Below, piece after piece: positions 25,889 to 43,115 of a stretch of DNA of 64,000 nucleotides. Origin of the DNA: the human T2T-CHM13v2.0 reference genome, Homo sapiens. Each line of letters opens with the position of its first letter. Position 1 is the first letter of the stretch. The notes under the pieces were generated by a model, which was not told the origin of the DNA, made no database searches, and saw only the letters and a program-made list of their open reading frames with translations. Location: the NCBI RefSeq assembly GCF_009914755.1, contig NC_060940.1; one strand, given 5' to 3'. The position numbers and the translations under genes are program-made.

Positions 25889-26200
25889 AGATATTTATTT
25901 AGTACTCTAACATTTTAGTCTCTCTACTACTAGTTTGGGAGTCCATAGTGAACCAGGTAGACACATTTTCTGCCACATCAAGTTGTCAGTCATAGAGGGA
26001 AATATAAATAATTAAACAATGTACAGTACAATGTAATTAAGTATTGAGATGGGAGTTCAAGGTGCAGGCAGAGAACATCCAACAGTTACATAGCTCTGGT
26101 TTAGAGTCATCAGTTGCAGTCTCTCTGAGGAAACTCTTCCTGGGAAGAAGGAACCAACCCTGTAAGATAATTAGATCTAGCTAGTCAGGTGCAGGGAAGC
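25889..26200 (-). mobile_element. L2 3' region
   Basis: 'agatatttatttagtact...atagtgaaccaggtagaca'. Confidence 0.55.
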
Positions 26201-26509
26201 TGGAAGAAAAGAAGGGCTTTAACATTAATTGAATATCTATTTCATGCCAGATAACAGGTTTGTCACATTACAGATAGTTCTTCAATTCATTTTCACAGCA
26301 ACTAGAGAAAACAGAGGCTCTGCACAGTAAAGTTGCTTTCCCAAGTGCTCAGAACAAGAGACATACTTTATAAATGACCCAGGTTTTCTCTTGTTCCAAT
26401 GTCTTTACTCTTTGTCTTGTTCCATGAATTCCCCTCCACCACACCTCCCTTGGATTATGAGTGAGTTGAAAAATTCAGGGAGGTTTTTGACACATTCTCC
26501 AACCAAGAA

Positions 26510-26750
26510 AGATAAAGTATGTGGGCTCTGGATTCAAACAGGCCTAGATTTCAATTCCTTTTTGACATCTACTAGGAGCATGACTTTAGGCAAGTTATTT
26601 AACCTCTCTAAGCCTCTATGTTCTCATCTGTAAAATGGGGATAGTAATAGTTTGTACTTCAGTGCTTTATAAAAAAAATAAGAAGTGCAAAGTTAGTAGA
26701 GTATCTGGTCCTATAATAGTTCAATGCATGTTTTTATATTATTCTTTTCA
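26510..26750 (+). mobile_element. MIR
   Basis: Well-kept core 'tgactttaggcaagttatttaacctctctaagcctc...ctcatctgtaaaatggggata'. Confidence 0.8.
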
Positions 26751-28069
26751 TTATCTCCGCAGAAATAGGCTTGTTTTATAGAAGAAAACATGATGAGATA
26801 CGACACAGAGGAGAAAATCTTCAATGCTTTAAATAAAGAGGCCTTTGTTCCTTCTTGTCCATCAACTAGAGAGAAGCGTTGAACCCCATGGTATACCCCA
26901 ACCTCACAACAACCTTAACAAATAGGTCTCAGTATATTTTTCCAGCCTCGACTATCACTTAATTCAGACATCTGAGACTCTAGGGCAGCCTCCTGGAGTA
27001 GCTCTGAGTTTTAAGCCTCTTCCAGCCCTTTTGAGAGGTCAAAACCAAGGAGGTATTGCGTGAGAACTCCCCATCCTCCAGAACTACCCAGTCTGAGGGT
27101 AGAAGTTCGTGAGCTGCTGAATGTCACCCCTGTCCTGCCATTACCGAGTGCACCGTCACCTTGGAATGCGCTTGGGGTGAGGGCAGATGGTGATGGAGGC
27201 TACTTCACATAGACCTGGCAGGAGACCCTAAAGGGCTGGTCCCTCCCTTCAGGGCCCTACAGAGGCCTTCCCTGAGTCTTTCCCCACTCTGGGCCTCTTT
27301 TCCTGCTATTTTCACCCATTTAAATGTGCTTGTCAGATTCCTGCCAACACACTTGGTTTTGTAATGTTGTGTAATACCTCGAGCCACCTTAATGAAATAT
27401 TCACACTCCCTTCTCTGTTGGAGCATTCACCCAGGTTCCCAGAAAATTCTCTCTCTCTTGTTTTCAAAGATATACCCCCAAGAAGGAAGACCCTGAGTGA
27501 GGCCCATGACCCCCAGTAGAGGCAGGCTCAATGGCTGGGGCAAACTGCTCCATAGAATGGGGTTTGGGGAGCCTCCTGTCTCAGGCTCCTCCTGGAAGAA
27601 CTGAGAACCCTAAATAGAATGGCTAGGAGCAGGAATATTTGAGTTGGGACCTCCTGGGATAAGACCCCCACCCCGGGAAATAGAGAAACCTTTCTCCTCA
27701 AGATTAGCGTCCTAGCTAATTCTGCCTTTAAAAAGCAGCCCTGCGGACCCAAAGCATCTTGACACTGAGCAAAGACTGCCACCTGTTGAATACTCAGGAT
27801 AGTGTGCTCCTTCCAAGGCCTCCAGGCTCCAGGGTATATGCTGCAGGCACAGCCTGTCCTCTACCCATCCAAGCTCAGAAGTGGGAAAAGCCACCCAGTG
27901 CTGATTGCGTAGACCTTCTGGCATTCATCTGTAAAATAAGGCGGTTGCCCTGAGTGACCTCCCACAGCTCAGGGAAGGTGAGTTGACTTGCCTTGGTCAC
28001 AAAGTAAGTCAGGAGCTCCTGACCTCTTTCTGATGCCGCCAGAAGCACTTCCTACCCTACCACTCTCTT

Positions 28070-28400
28070 TAGATTCTGTTTGAATTTATTTTATGAAGGT
28101 ATTTTTAAAGACATAAATAAAAGAGCCCAAATTGGCAAAAATACAGGTTGGCAAAACATCAAAGTGAATATACAGGTGGAAACAGCACTCACATTAAAAC
28201 CCAGAATGCATCTGGTCCCTAAAGGAGCATCCTTCTTTCACTCTTACAGTTACCCTCTGCTCCAAGGGTAATGAGTATCTTGATTTCTAGCTCCATAGGT
28301 TAGTTTTGCCTGTTTTTGAACTGAATACAAATTGATTCATACATGTGATGTCACTTTTCTCACTCATTGTTTCATTTGTGTGATTTAGTCTTTCCCTCTG
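28070..28400 (-). mobile_element. old L1 (L1ME-like) 3' fragment
   Basis: 'ccataggttagttttgcctgtttttgaact...acaaat'. Confidence 0.55.
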
Positions 28401-29267
28401 TGTCATAAGAAACCATATTTTTTTTAAGGTGGGATGCGGAATTATACCTGAAAACTGGAAAGACTTTGGAAATTATTGAATGCAGCCTTATTGTTCTTTA
28501 GTGAGAGAGGGAGGCTCAGAGGAGGAAGGGATCCGTCAAAGGAGACATAGCATGTTCAGAGGTTTCTCTATTAGATGACAAGACTCCCATACAAATGGCC
28601 AAGGGGAACACAGAACTTGGCACTCAGGCCAGCACTAAGGACACTGGTCCCACTTAACATGTCATCAAGCCTTAGGAACACTTTAACAGGTTCTAGTCTA
28701 AGACCATAAGTATTGTCATCCTCATTACCAAATGTGGCATTTTGCCCACTGTACTCATTCAACAAACACTCAAATATTTGATGAGTGAATAAATGGATCT
28801 CAGTACCTCACTGCCTTCATTCCGGAAATGGATACCTTATTGTGGGTCCTGACTCTCTCACCAGTTATGATGAGGATAGATGCAGTGATACCTGGTTAAG
28901 AGACTGATGTTGGTTACAAACGAAAAACTCTTGCAATGGACAGTGTCCATTGGTTGTACTCATGGGCTCTGAAGCTAGACTGACCCAGATTCCATTACTA
29001 CATCTAGGATTTATGTGTTTGTTAATCTTAGATGATCTTTCTTTCTTTCTTTTTTTTTTTTTTTTATACTTTAAGTTTTAGGGTACATGTGCACATTGTG
29101 CAGGTTAGTTACATATGTATACATGTGCCATGCTGGTGCACTGCACCCACTAACTCGTCATCTAGCATTAGGTATATCTCCCAGTGCTATCCCTCCCCCC
29201 TCCCCCCACCCCACCACAGTCCCCAGAGTGTGATATTCCCCTTCCTGTGTCCATGTGATCTCATTGT

Positions 29268-33097
<3,830 letters not shown>

Positions 33098-33187
33098 TAT
33101 GATGTTAGCTGGTGATTTTGCTCGTTAGTTGATGCAGTTTCTTCCTAGTCTCGATGGTCTTTACATTTTGGCATGATTTTGCAGCGG

Positions 33188-34177
33188 CTAGTACCAGTTG
33201 TTCCTTTCCATGTTTAGCACTTCCTTCAGGAGCTCTTTTAGGGCAGGCCTGCTGGTGACAAAATCTCTCAGCATTTGCTTGTCTGTAGAGTATTTTATTT
33301 CTCCTTCACTTATGAAGCTTAGTTTGGCTGGATATGAAATTCTGGGTTGAAAATTCTTTTCTTTAAGAATGCTGAATATTGGCCCCCACTCTCTTCTGGC
33401 TTGTAGGGTTTCTGCCGAGAGATCCGCTGTTAGTCTGATGGGCTTCCCTTTGAGGGTAACCCGACCTTTCTCTCTGGCTGCCCTTAACATTTTTTCCTTC
33501 ATTTTAACTTTGGTGAATCTGACAATTATGTGTCTTGGAGTTGCTCTTCTCGAGGAGTATCTTTGTGGCGTTCTCTGTATTTCCTGAATCTGAACGTTGG
33601 CCTGCCTTGCTAGATTGGGGAAGTTCTCCTGCATAATATCCTGCAGAGTGTTTTCCAACTTGGTTCCATTCTCCCCATCACTTTCAGGTACACCAATCAG
33701 ACGTAGATTTGGTCTTTTCACATAGTCCCATATTTCTTGGAGGCTTTGTTCGTTTCTTTTTATTCTTTTTTCTCTAAACTTCCCTTCTCGCTTCATTTCA
33801 TTCATTTGATCTTCAATCACTGATACCCTTTCTTCCAGTTGATCACATCGGCTGCTGAGGCTTCTGCATTCTTCACGTAGTTCTCGAGCCTTGGTTTTCA
33901 GCTCCATCAGCTCCTTTAAGCACTTCTCTGTATTGGTTATTCTAGTTGTACATTCTTCTAAATTTTTTTCAGAGTTTTCAACTTCTTTGCCTTTGGTTTG
34001 AATGTCCTCCCATAGCTCAGAGTAATTTGATCGTCTGAAGCCTTCTTCTCTCAGCTCGTCAAAGTCCTTCTCCATCCACCTTTGTTCCATTGCTGGTGAG
34101 GAACTGCATTCCTTTGGAGGAGGAGAGGCACTGTGCGTTTTAGAGTTTCCAGTTTTTCTGTTCTGTTTTTTCCCCAT
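33188..34177 (-). CDS. ORF1: L1 ORF1p RNA-binding/chaperone protein, 329 aa, last 9 aa lost to a CAG>TAG change
   Basis: MGKKQNRKTGNSK...REKG...ARREW...YPAKLS motifs; continuous frame; the QPLQNHAKM tail is still readable after the stop. Confidence 0.9.
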   Translation of the reverse strand: MGKKQNRKTGNSKTHSASPPPKECSSSPAMEQRWMEKDFDELREEGFRRSNYSELWEDIQTKGKEVENSEKNLEECTTRITNTEKCLKELMELKTKARELREECRSLSSRCDQLEERVSVIEDQMNEMKREGKFREKRIKRNEQSLQEIWDYVKRPNLRLIGVPESDGENGTKLENTLQDIMQENFPNLARQANVQIQEIQRTPQRYSSRRATPRHIIVRFTKVKMKEKMLRAAREKGRVTLKGKPIRLTADLSAETLQARREWGPIFSILKEKNFQPRISYPAKLSFISEGEIKYSTDKQMLRDFVTSRPALKELLKEVLNMERNNWY

Positions 34178-35139
34178 CTTTGTGGTTTTATCTACTTTTG
34201 GTCTTTGATGATGGTGATGTACAGATGGGTTTTTGGTGTGGATGTCCTTTCTGTTTGTTAGTTTTCCTTCTAACAGACAGGACCCTCAGCTGCAGGTCTG
34301 TTGGAATACCCTGCCGTGTGAGGTGTCAGTGTTCCCCCTGCTGGGGGGTGACTCCCAGTTAGGCTGCTCGGGGGTCAGGGGTCAGGGACCCACTTGAGGA
34401 GGCAGTCTGCCCATTCTCAGATCTCCAGCTGCGTGCTGGGAGAACCACTGCTCTCTTCAAAGCTGTCAGACAGGGACATTTAAGTCTGCAGAGGTTACTG
34501 CTGTCTTTTTGTTTGTCTGTGCCCTGCCCCCAGAGGTGGAGCCTACAGAGGCAGGCAGGCCTCCTTGAGCTGTGGTGGGCTCCACCCAGTTCGAGCTTCC
34601 TGGCTGCTTTGTTTACCTAAGCAAGCCTGGGCAGTGGGGGCGCCTGTAATCTGTGGGCTGATTACCTCATTTCTCTACTGGGGCCCAAGATTCCTTCCCC
34701 TTCTTCTCCCTGATTGGAATAAGTTCAAAAAAATAAAATAAAAAATTTCCATGATCCCTCCACCCGCAGGTAATGACTCTAACCTTTTAGAATATTGCCT
34801 TCTAATCGTCTAGCCAAATATAGTTTGTAATAAAATTAAGAGTCCTCTAATAGCCAGTTTTATTTCTATACATTTTCAGTTGATGCCACATGGTTTAGTT
34901 TTCCCAAGCTACTTAATACTGTTCTTTAATATCAATCTTAATAATTACATAATTGTATTATAGAACTGTATCAACATTTACTCCACAATTCCTCTCTATT
35001 CAGATTTTGTCTAACATTTTGATACAACAATTCTGCTCTATAAGGATAGACTCCTTAATGAAAAAAGAATAGACTTCTTGAATTGGAATCAATTGGTCAG
35101 AGATTTTTTATTATTTCAATGTATATATTTTTATAAATG

Positions 35140-35520
35140 GGCCATGTTTCTATTGTAATCAGACTTAAATCCAAACTCCTCAGAATGAAGAGCAAACACC
35201 TTCTCAAACTGATTCTTATCCCCTCATCTTTTCATTTTCATCTTTAGCCACTAAAACACACACACACACCCCCCCTTTCATATTGTAGCCTTGCTAAAAT
35301 GCCTGCAGACATCTCAGCATGGGTCAGATGTTCATATCAAGGCTTTTGTACATATTTCTTTGACCGTTGGGATGTACTTTCCCTCTCCTGAACTTGGCCA
35401 TATTCTCATCTTTTCAAGACTCAAATATCGCCTTCTCTCTGTGAAGTTTTCTCTGAGCTTCCAGGCAAAATGAGCCATCCCCCATCTACCCACCCATCCT
35501 TGATGTTCCCATTGCAACCT
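35140..35520 (+). mobile_element. L2 fragment
   Basis: 'aaatccaaactcctcag...tcatcttttcaagactcaaatatcgccttctctgtgaag'. Confidence 0.55.
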
Positions 35521-35951
35521 GTGTGTTTAATAATAATAATTATATTGATCATAATAGTAATCAAGATGAATTGAGCCCTTATCATGTGCTCAGACAGTAT
35601 TCTAAGCACTTTTTGTGGATTATCCCAGCATTCATGGCTTTGTGGTTTAATGATCAGTTAGCATGTACATCTGTTCCCCCACCCCAGCCACTGGCTGTGT
35701 CAGGGAGGGGCTGCACCTTCTTTCTCTCATTACTCCCAGTAATTCAAAATGCCTGACATGAGTAAACTGCACAGCAAATATGTCAGAAATGAATATCTGA
35801 ACCAATCCTCTACTCATGACTCAGCCCGTTTAGGGCTGTGTTAAAAATGACTGGAGAGCTGGGAAAAGACTACTTGGATGCTAATCCCATGGTACACTCC
35901 CTCCAGAAACCCCCAGGCAAGCTCCGCTCCTGGCGAAAAGCTGCAAAGTAA

Positions 35952-36351
<400 letters not shown>

Positions 36352-36764
36352 TAAACATCATCTCATTTAATCCTCTCATTTCAGATCTTGGAGCCCTCTA
36401 GGAGACACAACCCTTTTCTTACAGATAGCTTGAAAAAACAGAAGCTCAACAATAGATACTGCTTATAACAAACTCAGAAGGCTGACCCTGTGTGCACTAT
36501 TTGCCTACATTACCTGCCCCAAATTGTATTTAATAAGCCTCTGAACTCTATCACCGACAAACATAGTTTCTCTTGAGGAAAATGAGGCTCAAAATGATGA
36601 AGTGATCTCCCCAGGTTTGCCCCAAGAAAGCAGGAGTATCAAGAGGAGATGACAGGTTATTGGATTCTGCAAACTTCTCTGCCACTTCTTGATTTCAGCA
36701 GTTTCCCTGTGAGGCAAATCTCTTTTGAAATCTTACCTGCCTCTGTACAGGGAGGATCCAAGGC

Positions 36765-37012
36765 AACCCTGTATTAAACATCTGTTATGTGCCTTGTGCC
36801 ATGCTGGTTTCTTTATAGACCTTATCTCCAGTCCTCAAAGATTCTCCTGCAAGCTAAGGTATTATTTTCTCCTGATTTAATGGATAAAGAAATTGAGACT
36901 CAAAGAGGTGACTTCTCCAAACTCACTCAGCTTGTAATATGGCAGAAGTTAAAATTTGGGCCTGGGAGTATTTGTATCCCAAGTCCAAGGTCTTCCCACT
37001 CTACCATGTCTT
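36765..37012 (-). mobile_element. MIR
   Basis: 'ggataaagaaattgagactcaaagaggtgacttctccaaactcactcag'. Confidence 0.65.
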
Positions 37013-37272
37013 AAACTGATCCTCTGTGGAACATGAATGTGCAGATTGTGATGCCAGAAATTATTCTGTGCTCAAAGGTGTTGGTTAAGCAAAGATAAAT
37101 TGCTTTATTAACTCTAATACTCATCAGAGCTCTAAATATACCAATGCCCACTGTGTATTTCCAAAAGCAGCTAGAGTATTCCCCTAAATTGTGAAATTAT
37201 TAGATTGCAAATCCCTGTTTTTGGAAAGCATCATGTGGGAGTAATATGTGGAAGAAAACATTTGGGAAAAGG
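37012..37272. mobile_element. hAT-Charlie (MER103-like) relic
   Basis: 'cagagctctaaatataccaatgcccactgtg...aacatttgggaaa'; heavily diverged. Confidence 0.4.
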
Positions 37273-38154
37273 TTTTATCACACTTAGATTCTCATGCCTC
37301 AGAATTTAACTCCATTCTTGTTACCTGTTTGTTGATTCTCTTTACTTGTTCCTCTGAATGTATTAATATGCCCTGACGAGATCTTTGAACTCATCAGGGT
37401 TCCTCTGGTAGGTCCCTCATCTTCTAAGGTGACTCTTTTCTGATTGTGCTGCACGATGCACCTCGTTCCTCCAGCTCACCCCATGCCCACACACAGAACA
37501 TAGCGTCAGACTACCCTGCATGTCTGATGCCTGCTCCCACTCTTAAATCAACTTACTGAACAGGATGCCCAGTGGAATTGGCTTAAATTAACAGCTGCCA
37601 TGAACAGAATCCCCTTCATGCTTCTTGCCAAAATCTCTTTTTTCCCGGTTTGTAGGTTCCGTTCCCATTCCCCACCCTAATGGAAAAGATACTTCAAAAT
37701 CCTGGCCCAAAACTTTCACTTGATTTAAAAGCACCATGGTGTTCCATCTGCAAAATTATAAGACCAGATCCATTAATATGCTCAGAGGAGATTGGCTTAA
37801 AAGAGAGAGAGTGTCTGTGAGCAAATTTAATCTAAGCCACAGCTTATTTAAAAACTGATAGGAACTAATTAAATTAATAAAATTTTATTGAACTTTAAAA
37901 CAAAAATCAATTTTTTAAAAATCCCCCTTTCACTGAATTCAAACACAATGAAGTTCTTTTTAATTAAATTAGTTGGTTTTCTTTCCACTCATTCTGAACT
38001 CAAAATAGAAGTTCTAAATCTGAAGTTTTCTCTAGTCTCAAGTACATACCTTTTATTTGTCTATTTAAAATAAAGACAAAATCTTTGTGTGTAATACAGT
38101 TTCTTTACCTTTTAATGAAGCTGTTAAAATGTTTTATTTCATGACCTGTCAATC

Positions 38155-38355
38155 CAGGGGTGTGCCAGCCTTGGAGAGTAAGAAAGGACTGACTTGTGGC
38201 TTTTGCCAATTTCCATGATGTAAATACTCTTAGCATGGCTTATGATTTCTGATTTCAAGCTATAAGGCTGACTGATGATAGTGAACAGAAAGTTAGGATG
38301 AAATGCACACTATCTACTCTCATGATCTGGGAGAGCTGGCTCTGGCCAACTACTG
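38155..38355 (-). mobile_element. MER63A-like (hAT-Blackjack)
   Basis: Reverse complement contains 'tagcttgaaatc...gagtatttacatcatggaaattggcaaa'. Confidence 0.65.
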
Positions 38356-38909
38356 TGTCTTCCTTTATAATCTGATTCCACTGGCATCATCCATCTAGTG
38401 TGCCTCATTCCCAGCTACACTTCATGAACATTTAAAAAGCATGACAAGTGCTTCTTGACAATGGCAGTGATTACTCCATTGGCTCAGAAATATACTTAGG
38501 TATAGGACATTATTAGATTCAGGAAATATCTCTAAATTCTGGTTTATCAGCAATCCACTAAATTATTATTATTTAACTTTCTATGGATTCAGAGATCTAC
38601 TGTCTCTTTAGATTTTTATTTTTGTTTTTAAAATTAATGCTACAGTTGTTACAAGTCAAAGAAAATGTTAAATTCATTTTTCTTCACTCCACTATCCTTC
38701 CTATTCATAGTAAATCAAACTACTTCCCAAGTTTGTTTAATTCCATGAAAAAATGTTAGAACTTCAGTGAGTCTTCTTTTCTGGACTTGAGAAGTCATTT
38801 CTAGAAAAAATTATCCAGGAGTCCTGGCCAAGTATATAAAATCTTAACTATGCCAATCCAGAGAATAAAAAAAGGAATAAATAGAGGCAATTTAGAGGGA
38901 GCTAGGGCC

Positions 38910-39140
38910 CTAGCATTTTTGGAATGTTTACTGTAATTGTACTAAGGGTATTGCATGTATTATCACATCTAATCCTCAAAATGCTCTTTGGTGGCTATTA
39001 TCATCTTTTATTTGTTAAGAGATTAAAATGCAATTTCATTACATGCCCATAGTCACACAACTAGTGAGCAGAGTGAGTAGGATTCAAATACAGTCATCTT
39101 TGATGGCCAAACCCATAATTTTTCCATGATGCTATATTAT
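38910..39140 (-). mobile_element. MIR
   Basis: 'tattatcacatctaatcctca...gcccatagtcacacaactagtgag...ggattcaaa'. Confidence 0.65.
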
Positions 39141-39872
39141 CCTTTAAAGGTAGCCTAAAGATTATTTCATCCAATTTGCCGAGTCTTCCCCTGGGCTTCT
39201 CTCTTCTCTCATCTTGTGACCTACTTATCTACCTTACCTTCACAGATTTGAGCAGATCTAATGCTCAAATCTCTAAAGCCCAATAGGGTAGAAAGCAGGT
39301 GCATTATGTCTCTCCACTCACCTCATCCAAAACTTTTCTGCCTCTGTGTAAGAACTGGGAAAGCTCTCCAAATAAAGAGAAGATTTTCTCTACCATAAGA
39401 GTAAAGACACATTCCAACAGATACTGCCTCTGTGTTGTTTCTCTGGGCAGCCTGGGTCTTTATCCAGAAAGCCAGCACCCAGCCTAAGAAAACTGATTTC
39501 TTCCACACTCTTCCCTCATTCATGCAGATGCCTGTGTACAAAACTTCTGAGGCCCATAGGTAAATTTACCCACAGCTCTTAGTTTTGCCCAGGTCTAGCA
39601 TTTGGACACGATCAGGTTAGACTATTAAAGGACCCAGCATTTGGCAATCTTCTATAATATGCTGGGCATTTTACTTCCATAGGGTCACAATCCTATATGT
39701 AATTACCCATATGTTTTAGTCTCAGGACAAATTTTTTTCTGAGGTATCAAAGACTATACAAAAATATAAGGTAAAATAATAAGGCAAAAAGTATCTTAGG
39801 TCTCTGATCATGTCACTTCTCTGCTCAAAACCCTATAATGGAAGAGAAAAATCAAAGACCTCCCATGGCCTA

Positions 39873-40405
39873 TATGGCAGATTTTATTTTTTATGGTGGC
39901 TGAAATAACATGCTCTATCCAATATCCTCTTCTGGAAGCTTCTTACTCCCTCAAAAAGAAAGGTCTGCGTTCCATCCTCTTGAAACTCTGTTTGACTTTG
40001 TGACTGCCTTGATCAATGGAGTATGGTAGAAATGACACTATGTGACTTTGGAGTCTAGGTCATACAAATGTCATGTACTTCTGCCTAGCTCTCTTGGGAC
40101 ACTCACTCTTAGAACCCAGCCACCACATTATGAGAAAGTCCAAGATGCCCAAGGAGAAGCATACAGCCTTTTCTGAGCTCCCAGCCAACAGCCAACACCA
40201 CCTTACCAGTTGTGTAAAAGAGCTATCTTTAAAGCAGATTCTCCAACCCTGGCATCAAGCTTCTCCAGCTGATGCCATGTGCAGCAGCAATAACCATCCT
40301 TGCTGAGCACTGCCCAAACGTAGGATTGCTAGAAAAATAAAGAATGTTGTTTTCAGCCATAAAATTTGGGGATGATTTGTTACAGAGTAATAGATAACTA
40401 GAAGA
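39873..40405 (+). mobile_element. MLT1 (H-like) MaLR solo LTR inserted into an L2
   Basis: MLT1 body and end 'tttggggatgatttgttacagagtaatagataac'; perfect 5-bp TSD gccta at 39868-39872 and 40406-40410; L2 sequence rejoins across it. Confidence 0.8.
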
Positions 40406-40619
40406 GCCTACAAGATCTTATATGAGCTGGCTTCCTGTTAACTCTCAGATTTCCTCTCCAGTCACTCTGTACTCCTGTATTTAAAAAAACTTGGCAAACA
40501 CAAGACCACCTTCAGACATGGGCTGTAAATGCCACACTAACCAGGAGGATAGTTAGGGGAAGAGCAATCCAGGCAAAATGTCATAGTCTTGAAAATCATT
40601 GCACAAATGTAGTGAGGTT

Positions 40620-43040
40620 CACACTTATTACGGTATTTTAAAAATATATGACATGCAGACTGAAATGTATACACATTGTAACTATACAACTTAATGAACT
40701 TTTACACACTGAACACATCCATGTAACCACCATCCAGATCAGAAATACATCAGTGATGTACTGAAACTCTTCTTATGACCTTATATAGTCAGCCAAAGGT
40801 AACCGTTATTCCAATTATTGATGACATAAATAACATTTGCTTAATTTTGAACATCATGTATATGGAATCATATCATATATCTCTTTTGTATCTGGCTTTA
40901 TTCACTCAACATTATGTTTGTGAAATTCATCCATAATACAGTTTTTGCGACATAGAATTTCACTATATTAACACAACATTTATTTATTCATTCTACCACT
41001 GAGGGACACTTGGCCTGCTCTCATTTTTGGTGATCACAAATAATGCTTCTATAAACACTGTTATTTGTGCGACTTCTAGTGTACATATAAATGCATTTTG
41101 TTGTATGTATATACCAGGAGTGAAACTGCTGGGTTACAGAGTATGTGTGTGTAAACTTTGGTAAAAGCTGAAAATGTTCCAAAGTGGCTGCTTCGATTTT
41201 CACTCCCACTAGCAATGCACGAGTGCTTCCATTACTCTGCAGCCTGGAGAATGCTTGTTATTGTTTCCATTTTAGCTTTTCTGGTGGATGAGTAATGATA
41301 TTTTACTGTGGCTTTCGTTTGCTTATAACCATTTAAGTATCATTTATTTTTATATTGCTTTGCCTTTTTATTGATTTGTGTGTATGTGTGTGATATAAAT
41401 CCTTTGTTAGATGATTTCAAACATAATATCCATTTTATAGTTTATCTTTTCATTCTTTTAATGGATATTTAAAATATAAACAGAAGTCCTTAATTTTAAT
41501 ATTAGTTTATAATCTTGGCCTTTAGGGTTAGTGCTTTTTAAATTCAGCTTAAGGAATCTGTTTTTAACCCTAAGTTCATCAAGATTCTCACTTGTATTAA
41601 CTCCTAGACATTTTAGTATTTTATATTTAGATCTACATGTGAAATTAATTTTTGTGTTTGTTTTCAGTTGAACATTTAGTTTTTGTCCATGTGGACAAAA
41701 TTAATTGACTTGGCATCATTTATTGAAAAGCCCATTTTTTTCCGCTTCACTCTAGAGTCATCTATGCCATAAAGTGAGTGACACGTGCATGTTTCTGAAC
41801 TCCCTGATAATAGTTTGGATATTTGTCCCTTCCAAACCTCATGTTGGAATTTAATTCCCCATGTTGGAAGTGGGGTCCCATAGGAGGTGTTTGGATCATG
41901 GGGGCGGATCCCTCATGAACAGCTTGGGGTGGTCCTGTGGTAAAGTGTGAGTTCTTGCACTATTACTTCATGGGAGATCTGGTTTTTTTAAAGGGGGTAG
42001 CACCCCTCCCCTTGCTGTCTCTTGTTTCTCTGTCTCCATGGGATCTGTACATTCTCAGTCTCCTTCCCCTCCCACCATGATTGGAAGCTTTCTGAGGGCC
42101 TCACCAAAAGTAGGCACTGGTCCCATGCTTCCTGTACAGCCTACAGATCCGTGAGCTAAATAAACGTATTTTCTTTATAAATTACCCAGCCTCAGGTATT
42201 CCTTCATAGCGACACAAGATGAACTGAGACACCCTCTTTTCTTTGCATCACTTTGTTATTCTAACCTTGCTTCAATACTACACTCATTTACTGTAGCTTT
42301 ATAATGATTCTTGATATTTGATAGTGTACATATACTACTTTCTTTCCTCTTCTTCAAGATTGTCTTGGCTACTCTTAGCCCTTGAAAATTCTACACAAGT
42401 TTTAGAAGTTTGTCGATTTACTAACACATAGAAACCTGTCAATTGTTAAATAAAGACTGCATTGAACATATAGGTACCTTTGGAAATAATCAACATATTG
42501 CTATATGCCTCCATTTATTAAGTCTTCCTCAATTTATTTCAACGATATTTTATAGTTTTCTGTGTAGAAGTCTTACACATCTTTCATTAGGCTATTTCTA
42601 ATAATTTAATGTGTGTGATGCTATTGTTAATGCCATCGTTGTCTTAATTTTATTTTCTAGTTATTTGCATATAGAAATACAACTGATTTTTGCACATTGA
42701 CTTTGTATTTAGCAACCTTGATAAATTCGGTTCTTAGTTCTTATATTTTATTTGTAGATGCTTTTAGATTTCTACTTTTCAATAATGTTAATGTCTGCTA
42801 ACGATGGTTACATTCCTTTATTTCTTATTGTTGCATTTCTAAAATTTGTATTCCTTCACTTACTGAACCCTGTGATGCAACATTACATAGAAGTCACAAT
42901 AGGGGACATTCTTGTTTTATTCTCAATTTCAATGGAATGCTTTAAATATTTCACCATTAAGTATAATTTTTGGTGTGGATTATTTGTTAGTTTGATTTTT
43001 GCAGATATCCTTTATCAGAATAATGCTTTTCCTTAGGTCA
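40620..43040 (-). mobile_element. old L1 (L1ME/L1MD-like) ORF2-3' UTR relic, split by MSTB
   Basis: 'acacatccatgtaaccaccatccagatcag', 'ttcactcaacattatgtttgtgaaattcatccat', 'ttcactcccactagcaatg', 'tagaaatacaactgatttttg'. Confidence 0.75.
41805..42231 (+). mobile_element. MSTB-like MaLR solo LTR
   Basis: 'tagtttggatatttgtccc...aggtgtttggatcatgggggcggatccctcatgaa...ttctttataaattacccagcctcaggtattcc...gagaca'. Confidence 0.88.
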
Positions 43041-43115
43041 ACTCAGCAAGTATTTGTGATTATGCATTATGTCCAGTCTCTGTCTTAAGCAAAATAATAA
43101 TTTTATAATGAATAA

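Noticed and set aside
25524-25918. Ser/Ile/His/Pro-rich ORFs
   Set aside because: Translation of the (TCCA)n repeat
34637-34651. Alu-like 'ggcgcctgtaatc' at the L1 5' junction, hinting at L1-Alu recombination
   Set aside because: Only 7 nt extend beyond L1 homology and no further Alu sequence follows; chance is likely
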